A DNA stretch of 64,000 bases from Anthoceros angustus (lineage: Eukaryota; Plantae; Anthocerotophyta): contig MU008171.1 of NCBI GenBank assembly GCA_010909165.1, positions 868,001 through 932,000 on the forward strand, given 5' to 3'. Below, piece after piece: positions 9,650 through 21,899 of this stretch. The notes below the pieces were generated by a model, which ran no database searches, was not told where the DNA came from, and saw only the letters and a program-made list of their open reading frames with translations. How positions within the stretch are numbered: the stretch's first letter is position 1; every line of letters starts with the position of its first letter. The position numbers were made by a program, and so were the translations under genes.

Positions 9650-12480
9650 GCTTCTGCTGATCGCCCTTCTATTGAGACTTTTCCGTGGTGCATGGGTCCG
9701 CAGTTGACTAACGATCAGCGGCAACGAATGATACGGTTGTTGGTTCGGTACCAGGACTGTTTTGCTTTTTCGATGAAAGAGCTGGAGTCCTGCAATGTTA
9801 TGCAGTTTCGCATTCCTTTGACCTCTTCTGAGCCTATCTATCGGCGTCGGTATCGGTTAAGTCCCGCAGAATGGGCTATTGTGGATGCTGTTGCCGAGAA
9901 GCGTATGAAATTTGGTCTTATCTGACCTTCTACATCGATTATCTGCAGCCGGTTTTGCCACCAAAGAAGGAGCGGCCGAGTGTGGATGGAGAAGCGTATG
10001 TGCGGTGACTATCGGCCCATTAACGCATCACTTTCAAGATCGTTATCCTATGCCTACGCCAAGAACTGCTCACCAAATAGAATGATGCATATTTTTCGGC
10101 TGGATTTACGTCAAGGGTTCAATCAAGTTCCTATTGCGGAAGAGGATATCAAGAAGACAGCATTTCACGGCTCTCAACAGCTGTGGGAATGGCTGTTTAT
10201 GCCTTTTGGGTTCCGTAATGCACCAGTGATTTTCCAACGTATTATGGACAAGGTATTGTCCGGTGCTGCACATCTACTCTGTTACATTGACAATGTGTTG
10301 GTGCATAGCAAGGATTTTGAGTTGCATCTTGTGCACTTGGAAGACTGTTCTGCAGGTTGCGGCTTCGGTTCGTTGCCACCCACCAAATGTGAACTAGGCA
10401 TGGACACTGTAGCATATTTGGGACATCGCATCGTTCCTAATGGCATTATGCCTCATGCTGCTAAGGTTCAGGCCTATTCTGGAGGTGGCTGAACCTACTA
10501 ATTTGTCTTCTTTACGCGCATATTTAGGACTGTGCAATTATTACAGAGTCTACATACAAGATTTCAGTAGCATTGCTAAGCCTTTGAATCAGTTGTTGCG
10601 CAAGGATGTGACATGGGACTGGACAGAGGCCTGCCAAAAGGCATTCGAGATGCTAAAAACAAAACTTACAGAATTACCAGTTATGGCTTTCGTTCTTCAT
10701 ACTGATTGGAGTCAACTCGGGCTTGGTGCTGTGTTGGCTCAGGTAGATGATGCAGGCCATGAACGAGTTATTGCATATGCTTCACGCAGTAACAATCGAG
10801 CTGAGTCTAACTATCCCAGCTATGAGGGAGAGTGTTTAGCTGCAGTTTGGGGGGTCTGTCATTTTAGGCCGTACCTCTATGGCAAGCGCTTTACATTGGT
10901 TACAGATCATCAGCCACTTAAGTGGCTGATGACGAACAATACTTTGAGTGGTAAGGTGGCTCGGTGGGCGATGACGCTGCAAGATTACGACTTTGAAGTG
11001 GTACACCGGCCTGGAAGTTGTCATCAGAATGCTGATCTGTTGTCACGTCATCCTATGGCCAGCAGCGAGGATCTCACAGAGGCTAGGCAAGACCATGAAG
11101 ATGATGTGGTGGCTACATCTGTTGCAGCCATGTTGGTCGCACTTTGTGAGATCAAGACCACACATGCTACTATTCGGCATGCTCCAAGTCGGGATATCTG
11201 GGAAGATGAGGCAACCATGCGATACTTGCAGACTGGGCTGTATCCCACCGGTTGTCCTATTGATCAGCAAGACCGCATCAAGCACCGTGCTTCCAGGTAT
11301 TACTGGCGGGATGGATATCTGGTGAGAAAATTAGTCTCTGGAGCTCAGCGTTTGGTGCCACCTCCTCAGGATCGGGTAGCCTTAGTCATGCGAGCTCACG
11401 CTGATTTGGGGCATTTTGGCATCAAGCGGACATACAGTCTGCTGGTACCTCATTTTCATTGGTACGGCATGTATGGTCAAGTGCGAGATGTGGTAGCATG
11501 TTGTGAGCAATGCGATCGGGTCAAGGCATCTTTCAGCATCAAGCCATCACATTTGCAACCACTACCTATCATGGGACTGTTCTTTAGGTGGTCTTGTGAC
11601 CTTATTGGGGAGTTGCCACGCACACCACGGGGAAATGTTTATGTCATGGTGATGGTCGAACACTTCTCTAAGTGGGCTGAGATCGTTGCATTGCTTGACA
11701 AGACTTCCAGAAGTACGTCTCAAGCTTTCCTGCAGCATGTGTTAGGCAGGTTTGGTAGTTGTGCAGAATGCTTGATGGACCAGGGTTCTGAGTTCCGAGG
11801 AGAATTTCAGGATTTGCTGGATTCGGCATTCATTGATCATCGGTGGACCAGCAGGGACCATCCACAGGCTGATGGACTTGCTGAGCGTTTGGTTCAAACG
11901 ATCAAACAAGGATTGAGGAAGTTACTTTTGCAGATGCCCAAGAGTGATTGGGACCTGGCGTTGCCATACGTGGCTATGGGCTATCGCATGAGTAAACATG
12001 CTTCTTTGGCACATTTTTCACCATATTTTTTACTCTTTGGTCGTGATCCAGTGCCACCAGTGGCTATTGCTAAGGATATGCAACAGGTGGTAGACCTGGA
12101 CAATCCCGCTGTATGGGCTAAGGTGGTTGGTGAACGTGCTGCTTTATTTCAGAGCTATGCCCATGGCTATGGCCAATCTCAGAATTGCACAGCATAGGGA
12201 TTCGCTTCGTTATGCTTACACACGTAGTGGCAATTTTCGGCCCAAGCTACGCAAATTTCATGTGGGAGATTATGTGTATCTGCAGCGACAGACAACCGAT
12301 ACATTGGAGACGTCAGCTAATCGCTATGTGCTGCGCATCAAGGAAATACTTGATAGTGGTATTCTGGTGCTTCAGGGTAAGGATGGGCGCACTCTGAAAG
12401 ATCACATGACCAATTGCGCACCTTGCCATTTGCCAAATCTAGATTCCACAATTGTGACTGCAAACTGGATCCCGCCAAGT
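9650..12480 (+). CDS. pol: Ty3/gypsy pol: reverse transcriptase, RNase H, integrase (frameshifted)
   Basis: RT: RMCGDYRPIN, LDLRQGFNQVPI, MPFGFRNAPVIFQR, YIDN. RNase H: LHTDWS..LGAVLAQ, YEGECLAAVWGV, TDHQPL. Integrase: H-x4-H/C-x2-C, WSCDL, DQGSEF, GLAER; GPY/F-like FHVGDYVYL. Confidence 0.95.
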
Positions 12481-12489
12481 GATTACCCA

Positions 12490-12624
12490 TGCCAACTTTG
12501 TCAACGTATAGATGACCCAGAGCTGATGCTGCTGTGCGATGGTTGCAATGGCGGATTCCACTTATTTTGCCTCACTCCTCCACTGACAGATGTGCCGGAA
12601 GGGCTGTGGTATTGTCCTCGGTGA
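12490..12624 (+). CDS. PHD finger at the integrase C-terminus
   Basis: CQLCQRIDDPELMLLCDGCNGGFHLFCLTPPLTDVPEGLWYCPR fits C4HC3. The position of the last Cys reads TGA (stop or 1-bp indel). Confidence 0.92.
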   Translation, partial: CQLCQRIDDPELMLLCDGCNGGFHLFCLTPPLTDVPEGLWYCPR

Positions 12625-12694
12625 GGCTTGCCCGGTGGGCCTAGTGACTAATCGTGGGTAGTCAAGCACAATCTTTGGGCTCAATCTTTGGGGG

Positions 12695-12862
12695 ATGATG
12701 TAGACTTGCTTTTCTCTTGGGATGCCAACATTGAGCTCCATTTTATGTGAGAATTGGTTGAAGATCGGTGTGTGTCTGTTGAACTAGCATGATAGTATTC
12801 CCAGAATCAATGTGACAAGAGTGTAGAGGTGAGAGTTTTGGTCAACTGGTTGTTTTCCACGA
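12695..12862 (+). repeat. Repeat Y1 (matches 13303-13480), preceded by the purine run GGGGG (PPT-like, 12690-12694)
   Basis: atgatgtagacttgctttt ... ggttgttttccacga is present twice. Confidence 0.92.
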
Positions 12863-12864
12863 TA

Positions 12865-13302
12865 GTCATGTCCATAGTCCTTACACATCGGGTAATTGCC
12901 AATTACAATGAAAGCATATAGATAAGCATGGTTGTTAGGTAGAGCTTCTGTGATGAATAAGCAAATGACTTATTCACAATTAGGGTTAGAAGACGTGTAG
13001 TCAGAAATCGCTGCACTCAGTCATGGACGTGGGAGCGGGAAGCAAGATGAGCGATCATGATGTGATCGCATGCGCGGGAGCTTGGACCGACGATAAAAGC
13101 GCAGGAGAGCAAGGCGATAGGTGGTTGTTAGAGTCTTCGCGTTGCGCAATGTAGTTATGGTAGCCACAATGAATCACATCAACTTTTGAGACAATCCGAG
13201 TTCTTGCTATGCTTGAGTCACCACTTGAAAGCGATCTGCGTTTCCGACGATGAACGCCAACCCCAAACGAGACTCACCGAGAATCGGTTTGTAGACCTCG
13301 TG
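12865..13302 (+). repeat. Repeat X2 (matches 3811-4256)
   Basis: Direct sequence match to X1. Confidence 0.92.
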
Positions 13303-13480
13303 ATGATGTAGACTTGCTTTTTCCCTTGAGATGCCAACATTGAGTTCCATTTTATGTGAGAATTGGTTGAAGACTGGCTGAAGTGTGCTGTTGAACTAGC
13401 ATGATAGTATTCCTGCAGAACTGTTGTATGACAAGAGTGTAGAGGTGAGGGTTTTGGTCAGCTGGTTGTTTTCCACGACA
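13303..13480 (+). repeat. Repeat Y2, forming the right terminus (...TTCCACGACA)
   Basis: Direct match to Y1. Ends in CA followed by CCAT. Confidence 0.92.
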
Positions 13481-13559
13481 CCATTCCCTTGGGAGCAAAT
13501 CCTAGGACTACAACGACATTGAGGGTGAATGTGGACCTCATGGAGGACTTGATGAAGAT

Positions 13560-16500
13560 GAAGAACGTGCCCTGCATCACACTTGAATACAACTGAACCG
13601 ACACCTGCTATGGGTAGGTTGTGATCATCTCAGGATGATCGATGTCCTGGTGGTGAGTAAGACTCAAAAGAGTTTGTTGTAACAAATATGTGAAGTAGCT
13701 CCACTGCCTAAGTACCATGAGGTATTGGAGGGCTTGGAAGAAGCCAAGCACACAGTGAGCACTGGAGTTGAGGAAGATTGTTTCTTCACGCAATGTTAGC
13801 TCCTGTGGGGCCTCCTCCGAGGTTCCCATTCTTCTTCACGACAATCCTTTTCCATGTGATTTGGGATTCGCACCAATTACATATAATCCCATCTTGTTAC
13901 CTCTTGCGGTGTTGAAGAAGATGCCTCCATCATGGAAAGTATGCGTGATATGGGGTCGGAAAGTAGAACCTCGGCCTCCCGTCTCTTCCTCTACCTTTGT
14001 GAATACATCACCGCCGCTTGTTGGAGGAGGTGATGATGCTGCCTCCTCCTCGTAGCAATGCTCCAATAAGTTCGAAACACGATGTCCGGCTCTTCATTTG
14101 GATCTTCATCGCCTTTTCCGACATTACAATTTTGAGTTGTAATGAAAGCCCTATAAGAAGGTGGCAATGAAGATAAGAGAATGACGTAAGCCTCCATCTC
14201 GAGATAGGTACGCTTGAAGATTCCAAATGGGATCGTGCCAATCAAAATGCATTAACATGATGTTCGATGGTGTGGACTCCTTCATTGAGAGGTTGCGGAA
14301 GTTACGTGAAGCAACAATACTCATTACATCTCGAGATGAATATAATTGAGCAAGGTGAGTCCACATATCCTTGGAGGTCTTTGCGCAGCGACATGTCTCA
14401 CCATATGTTGAGAAAGTCCACCGACCAATAAATCTTGTGCCTTCTCCCGCGGCCCTGTGAAGGTTGAAGTTCACGTTCAAATCGGGCGTGTGGCCTTGGA
14501 ATTGATCCATCGACGATGCCCCAAAGGTCTCTTTGCCGCAAAGCTCCTCGCATTCTCAATGACCGATGTCATAATCCCTTCCATTGAATCATCTTTCTTT
14601 GAATCACCATAATGATAATGCAATGAAGTGTTAGCATTATCATTACCCAATGGGGAATTAGGAATGCTTTGTTCTTCATCATTGATCACTCCAGCCATTG
14701 TAGGTGATTTAGAGGACTAGGCCTCACGATGCCTCTCATCTTCTCTATTGCATGCAAACTCTTCTCTTGCATCATAATCGATTCGGATGATGATAGCATG
14801 CTCTCAAATCTCGCATTATCAACCTTAGAGAGAATAGACAATTTTGTCCTTAATTCAGATAATTCTCCTTAAGATCAAAGGATTGGATTCTAAGAGTTGC
14901 TAATTGACTATCAATTTCTTGAAATCTAAGAGTTTCTATGCTATTTTGTCTTGAGACTAGAAGATAAAGGAGTACTAATACCAGATTCAAATTTGGGATA
15001 TGTTGGAGAGCTAATTCTAATGCCTTGACGTGAATTGAAAAAACTTCTAGCAAATCACGCCTAGCTAGCTTGATAAACTTCCTTGATCCGTTTAGAAATT
15101 AAAATAGATGCAATAAAGTTTGCTATACAAGAGGAGGTTTCTTCTATCTCTCCTCTATAGCTTGTTGTCTTCTATTGCTTCTATGTTGGACTCCTAATTT
15201 GTTCTTGTTGTCTTGCAGACTACTCTCTTCTTAACTCTATGCCTCTCCTTCTAAGGGAACACAAATCCATGGAGGAAGGACAAAGAATTAGTGCATAAAA
15301 GCATTGTTAGAAGAGAAAGATTAGCATAAAAGAATGCATGCAAAGATAGCAATTCTAGGATAAACACAATCCATCTAGGCAAAAACACAATCCATCTAGG
15401 CAAATGCTAGATTAGAAAGTGTCTCCTAGATAAGCTACTTAGATGCATGAGGATGACAAGCAAACAAAGAGCACGTGGTGCTCGGATACTACATGATGAG
15501 AATCATACACAAGCTCGCCAACTCAGAGCTGCATGTGTTGGGCTCCTAATTTGTTCTTGTTGTCTTGACTACTTCTCTTCTTAACTCTATGCCTTCTCCT
15601 TCTAAGGGAACACAAATCCATGGAGGAAGACAAAGAATTAGTGCATAAAAGCATTGTTAGAAGAGAAATGTTAGCATAAAAGAATGCATGCAAAGATAGC
15701 AATTCTAGGATAAACACAATCCATCTAGGCAAATGCTAGATTAGAAAGTGTCTCCTAGATAAGCTACTTAGATGCATGAGGATGCAAGCAAACAAAGAGC
15801 AAGTGTGCTCGATACCATGATGAGAATCATACACAAGCTCTAGCAATATGTGTTGCATTACATTCATAATAGAAAGTACATGCCTTTATGTAGGCAAGGT
15901 AGTTGTAACCAATAAGTGGTTGTAATAACTAACCAATTAAATAACTACTAAAGAAACTACCTAGAGCCCTAAGGACTAAATTAATTATTAAGTCCTAGGT
16001 GCCCTAGTGAAGAGTGCCCTAATAGTAAGCTATTTTATGAAGTCCAACAACTCATTGTGAGTCGCTGCATCATTTCATGGATAGCCTCCTTCCCAGCACT
16101 ACCTGCAGTTAGAATTGTATAAGCATGGTGGCCCGTGCCCAGAAGCACTCTGCTGAAGCACCTTGCTAATGGCCCACTGGTAGCCCATACCACCGGCTCT
16201 CCAAGGCCCAACGCATTGCTCTTTTGCCTCGTGGACTGGACTTTCCGCTGTTGCTCCGGTGTATACTGTGATTGTGGAAGAAGGATATGAGGGAGAAACG
16301 AAAAGTGACGTGGACTGAAGACCCAGCTGTACAAGTCGAGAGGAAGCAGCCTCGAAAGGGCCCTCAGTGGCAAGCATGGTCAAGATAGTACACCGCCTGT
16401 GGGGGTCGAGATCACCGGGAAGTTGTGGCTGCATTCCAAGACGGAAATAGCAACCTCAAGAGACCTTCTTCATGTACCATAGTAGAGGTGGCAGCCAGCC

Positions 16501-17640
16501 GTAGAAGCAATGGACAAAGGTATAAGGCTCCCTCCCAAGACACCTCCAACATCCTTGAGCTCCTCAAGATCACGCCTCAAAATGTGTCTTGAGTGAGTTG
16601 TATACTACTTCTCTTCTTAACTCTATGCCTTCTCCTTCTAAGGAACACAAATCCATGGAGGAAGGACAAAGAATTAGTGCATAAAAGCATTGTTAGAAGA
16701 GAAATGTTAGCATAAAAGAATGCATGCAAAGATAGCAATTCTAGGATAAACACAATCCATCTAGGCAAATGCTAGATTAGAAAGTGTCTCCTAGATAAGC
16801 TAGTTAGATGCATGAGGATGCACAAGCAAACAAAGAGCACGTGTGCTCTGATACCATGATGAGAATCATACACAAGCTCAAGCAATATGTGTTGCATTGA
16901 TTCATAATAGAAAGTACATACATTTATATAGGCAAGGTTGTTGTAACCGTTAAGTGGTTGTAATAACTAACCAATTAAATAACTACTAGAAGAAACTACT
17001 TAGTGCCCTAAGGACTAAATTAATTATTAAGTTCTAGGTGTCCTAGTGAAGAGTGCCCTAATAGTAAGCTATTTTATGAAGTCCACCAACATTGTGAGTC
17101 AGTGCATCATTTCATGGATAGCTCCTCCTTCCGGCACTACTGTGTTAGAATTGTATGGTGGCATTTGCCCAGGCCTAGAAGCACTCTGCTGAATGGGTCA
17201 TGGTTACCGCTATGCCCATGTAGCCCACTGCTCCAAGGCCCAACGCATTGGCCGCTTTTGCCTCGTGCCAGCAGCGATTTCCTGCTGCTCCTGTATACCT
17301 GTGGATTGTGGAAGAAGGATATGAGGGAGAAACGAAAAGTGACGAAGGACCCAGCTGGTGGCCAAGGTCACCATGTCGAGGAAGCAGCCCGAAAGGGCCC
17401 TAGTGGGCGATGGCAAGATAGTACCGCCTGTGGGTCGACACCGGGTAGTTGTGGCCGATTCCAAGACGGAATAGCAACTCAAGAGACCTTCATGTACCTG
17501 AGTAGAGGGTGGAAGACTCCGTAGAAGCAATGGACAAAGGCCCCTCCCAAGACACCTCCAACATCCTTGAGCTCCTCAAGATCACGCCTCAAAATGGTCT
17601 TAGTGAGTTGTCTACTTCTGGCCAATGGGAGCGCATACAA
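13560..17640 (-). mobile_element. Truncated Ty1/copia element (5' LTR, PBS, gag with CCHC)
   Basis: Reverse-complement tRNA-Met PBS (gctctgatacca, ~16846-16857). gag fragments KTSKDMWTHLAQLY and VILLSSLPPSYRAF. CNWC...HMEKDC knuckle at ~13840-13890. Confidence 0.75.
15190..17620. repeat. Tandem duplication of the copia LTR/PBS/leader block (two ~1.05 kb copies plus one partial)
   Basis: catgatgagaatcatacacaagctc occurs at ~15492, ~15817 and ~16855. ORFs 15523-15732 and 16577-16768 are near-identical. Confidence 0.85.
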
Positions 17641-17689
17641 TCCCGTGTCGTTGTAGTAAGGAGTCCGCTCCCAAGAGAATGATAAGCTG

Positions 17690-20600
17690 GCTTGTCAGCG
17701 TTCGATTCTCACCTCACCTTTGTGGCGCATTTTAACACACACATTCGTTATTGCAGGAGACGCCCCGACTCCAACAAATTTCACTGCCCACATGGCAGGC
17801 CCGAACTCGGGCCGAATCAAGAAAAGAAGGCCACCCGCCAACGCAAAGACCTCAAAGCGGTGCTCAGGTTTTGCCCCGCCCACTGAGTGGCAAGAGGTCA
17901 AGAGGCGTGAGAAGAGCAGTAAAGGGACGCCGCCCAAGGAGGAGGTCACCGGAGAACTTCACCCGTGAGCAACCCCACTGCTGGAGCCGGGCCCCTTGAC
18001 TGACCTTGAGAGGCAAGGGGTCAGCCGCCCGACCCCTCACCCTCCTCCGAGCCCCAGGGACGAAGAGGGCGAATTATGGCAGTCCAAGGCCAAGAGGGCC
18101 AAGTGAGGGTGAAGCTCCCACCGGCAATCAGTGTGACTCTAAGGGACCTGATTAGTCCGGAGGAACCCAAACCGGGACGACTCTGTTCGGATCGCGTGTG
18201 AGGTCCCATGACCGTGAGATGCCCGCTCCTCTACGGACTTTTGGGGGCCTCACCAGTGGCCGTGGAAGAGACACGGTCACGGCTACCGTCATGGACGGTA
18301 TGCTCTGGGGTCTCTGTGGGGAGAAGACCTTGTGAAGTAGGTAGGCCACCAGAGGCGAGAGATGGTGCCCTCCAGAGCACTGAGGCGCCCGTGGAGGCGA
18401 GGAGGAAGCGCGTAAGCCCGGCCATCAAGAAGGGAACGGAGGCCGAAGGGAAGTTTGGTCCATTCATAGATCGATTAAATTCCTTCACCGGTGAGCAACA
18501 AGGTGCATGAGGCCCAAGCGGGTCAAGACCTCCAAAGTGGAGAGGGGTAGCGCAGCAGAGGAGGCCCGGGCGCAAGGCAGAAGGCTCGCGACTGGCCGAG
18601 GCGGCCCGACCAACCAAGTCCAAAGCCTGTGTGAAGGCGAGGGAGGCGGAAGCCGCCGCTAAGATCGGACCACATCATCGTATGCGGATCGGAACTGTGG
18701 AGGGAGGTAGGGCGGGGCTGGCAAGCAACTCAAGACGGGAGCAGGAGGCGGAAGTGGCGGGGCCAGCCCATGCCGAGAGAAGGAAGCCCGCTTCAAGGAG
18801 ATGGAGGATTCCACCCGCTGGCGCGAGGTGGAGCAAAGCCGCGTGAGATGGAAGACCGCAAAGAGACTCGAGTCAGCCCAAGTTACCATTGAGAGGAATG
18901 GTATCTGGTGGCGTGATCACGATTAACGAGATAGAGCGGCTCCACCGCTGGCGGACGGAGGAGGCGGCATGGAACAAGGAGCAGTGACGCCGAAATGGAG
19001 AAGGACTGGCGAAGTTAACGGGCAAGCGTAGTTGCCCGACCGCCCTGGAGAGGGAGATGGCGGAGCTAACGGCCGTTAAACGGGAGCGAGAGCACCGGAC
19101 GCAAAAGAAGCCGCCGTCCGCTTAAAGGCGGAAGGGAGCGCCGCGCTATGGCTGTAAGTCGCGCAGAGCGAAACGACGAGCCGGAGCAAGGAGCAACAGT
19201 TGCAGGAGGTGACCGAGGCGGCCCTGTGGCCTCCGAGATTCGCCCGCCCACCAACGAACTCGGGGAGATGGTCCAAAGAAGCACAGACGCCGCCTCCGAG
19301 CACCAATGAAAGGAGTATCGGTGCCCGCACATGTGGAAGAGGCAATCCAAAGAAATTGACTCGGATTTTGCCTACTACCACGCCGAGCTCCTTAAGGCAT
19401 TGAAGCCTCTCCACAAATGGACGGACTCAAGGCCTGTAAGGGATGAAGGCATGGGGACAAAGACGGGACCCTAGTGGCCCCTGCTTGGAGACGACGGCAA
19501 TGGAGAAGAGCCTCAGGAGCAGGACGCGCCAATACAACGGATCTCGTGGTAAGTCCACCGCAACCGCCGGGAGGATAGAGGCGGGCCCCGAAGGGGCGCT
19601 GAAGGAGGAAGCCAACCCGACCCAAGACAAGGGCCTGGGTGGGGATGAGGGCCTAGCAAGAAGAGGTCCGCAGACAAGGGGTCCGAGCGGGACCGGACTG
19701 GATAAGTTCACCGAGGTCCGAACCCCAGAGATGAGACCGACCCGCAGACCGACTCAGAATAAGGCAGACTCAAGTCTGCAGAGTCGAGACCGACCTCGAG
19801 GTCCTGACTCGTGAAGCAAGGAGGAGTCCCTCCGACTTACCGGGGAGCGCCACGGTATTCTACCGAGGGGACCCACCGGGGCGGGGACGACGTTGTGGTA
19901 ACGGCGGTCGCCGACCGCCGCCGAGCCCAACCCGGCTGTGATTCCGGAAGAGGAAGGGGCCCGCGGATCATCCGATTGGGTGCGCCCGCAACCGCCAGAC
20001 GGGAGATTGACCACCAACCGAGACGGAACCTGTGACCTTCCTGTGCCCACCGCCGACGTAAGGAGATAGGAGGGAGGAATAGGATGGTAGGCGGCCGACA
20101 TGCATCGAAATGGCCACCAGCTCGTAATAGGGTGTAATAAAGACGCCGACTCTGGGCGTAGTATAAGAGGGCCGAGGCGCCAATAAATCATCTTCTTGGT
20201 GTTGATGCCGCTTGCACCTTGTGTGTCTTCATGTTAACGTGAGTCCCGAGTCATCGAAAGGTGCACGGCGCCCGAGAGAGATCGATCAAGGTCCCGTGAC
20301 GACCCTAACGTGGTGGTGTGTGCAGGAAGAGCGACTGGGGACCCGTGTTCGCCTAGAAAGGCCGCCCAAAGGCCGAGCGGACCGAACGGGTGAGCTTGAG
20401 GAACTCCGGAGGCGGGCAGAGCCCGACGAGAGGCCCGGTTGAGCAACGAGGAGGTCCGGATCGTAGCCACTTCATGCTTCTTTTCCAAGGTTGATGAGCG
20501 AGGAGAGTGAGAGGAACGACTAAAGGGACGAGTGACGGCGGAACGATACACGGACGCAAACGGTCTCAAACGCTTACACACCGGCCCTGTTTCGTGAACG

Positions 20601-21600
20601 TTATGAGTAGTTAGGACGAAACGACGATTATGCGCGCGTGCTGAGCGGAAAAGTAAATGGTCAAACGCCGTAAACGGAGCTATCATTCTCCTCGAAAATC
20701 ACTTACTACAACGCCGGAATCAATTTGTGTACCCTTGACCACCGTGAAGAAAAACCAAGTAGTGATCCGCCATATGATCCAGCCTTGGCGTCGTCACAAA
20801 AGTCGCCACTACGCAGATAATGCAGTTGGCGAGTCACCCATCCATTGTTCACCTCACTTCCCAGTTTCATGAGCGCTACCGCAGCCTCGTATCTTCTTCC
20901 TGGGGTCAATTACCAAGCTTCCATCCTCCGATGCTTGATACATCGCCTCAAAGAGTCCCAAATCCCGCTTATGGCCTCTTCCTCGGCCGCCTCTTGACCG
21001 TTCTCAATTGTCAAGACTCTTGCACCAATGTCAGAACACCATTTCATCTCCATAAATTCCACCCACCCCCGCACAAAGCTGCCCGCTCACCTTCCAAAGG
21101 GTCCATGTTGGGCCACGATGGTGGGATTTCATTGCAATGCGCCATCTCCTTTCTCCTTGTTTCTTCGTGAAAAGAACCCAACACCCTCGCAAACCGGGTC
21201 GAAAAGGGAACACCACCGCCGTGACGCCTCCTACTCCGTCACCGGGCGCCTTGTCTCCTTCTCACCGTTTCTTCCTGCCGCCGCGCCTGCTCCGACCGAC
21301 GACACGCGTCCTCCGCATGGCCAATGTAGACCGGCCCAGCGCAGCTTGTATGCGCGCCTACCAGCCTTGCCCGCCCGACGCCCCTGCCCGAAATTACTCG
21401 TGCGGTGGTGTGTCCGGCTCCCCGCGCCCGATCGTCGCAACCCCGCCTCCGCCACTAGGGTTGTAACCCCCGGGCCCGCTCCTTCGCCACTGGTGGAACT
21501 GCCACCCCTTGACGAATCGAGGTGGTAGTCAATACATATATAGACACTTTCTATTTCTAAAATCACCAAAACCCAAGGACTTATTTCCGACCTACCTATC
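17690..21600. mobile_element. GC-rich retroelement-associated region (possible Tat/Athila-type accessory region and an LTR-like segment ~19435-20264)
   Basis: Adjacent to the 3' end of a gypsy pol. TG-starting segment at 19435 and a PBS-like cggcgcccga at ~20266. No recognisable protein domains. Confidence 0.3.
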
Positions 21601-21899
21601 CCGGTCGAAAACCTAAGGTCAAAAATAAAATAAATTATTATCACCAAGGGCCAAGGACCATTCTCGTGATAAAAGACCTTACCCAGCGATTCTCAAAGCA
21701 CTTTGCTACAAACACACTCCAAAACAAAAAATCGCTCATCCCGACTTCGTAGAGGGTTAGTGTACATGTGGTCTTCCACATACTCCTTCTCATTTGTTAC
21801 GCCCCGCCAACTTATTGGTAATATTTTTAACTCGCCAACCGCTGACTTAGCTGGTGGGTGATCCATTCAATCGGGAATTGATAGATCCGCTTGTCGAAA

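Larger units (their letters stand above)
3811..13480 (+). mobile_element. Ty3/gypsy retrotransposon carrying a DNA cytosine-5 methyltransferase and a PHD finger, with split direct repeats
   Basis: Termini TGTCATG (3811) ... CACGACA (13480) are an imperfect inverted repeat. Both flanks carry CCAT (3807-3810, 13481-13484), a candidate TSD. Internal order: gag-CCHC-protease-MTase-RT-RNaseH-integrase-PHD. Confidence 0.9.

Noticed and set aside
3811-13480. Classifying the element as DIRS/Ngaro because of the split repeats
   Set aside because: No tyrosine recombinase motifs were seen. It has a clear DDE integrase and gypsy domain order. The MTase has C5 motifs, not the DAM-type adenine MTase of DIRS elements.
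17690-21650. Many overlapping 60-170 aa ORFs on both strands
   Set aside because: GC-rich TE sequence with no recognisable domain and no consistent frame.
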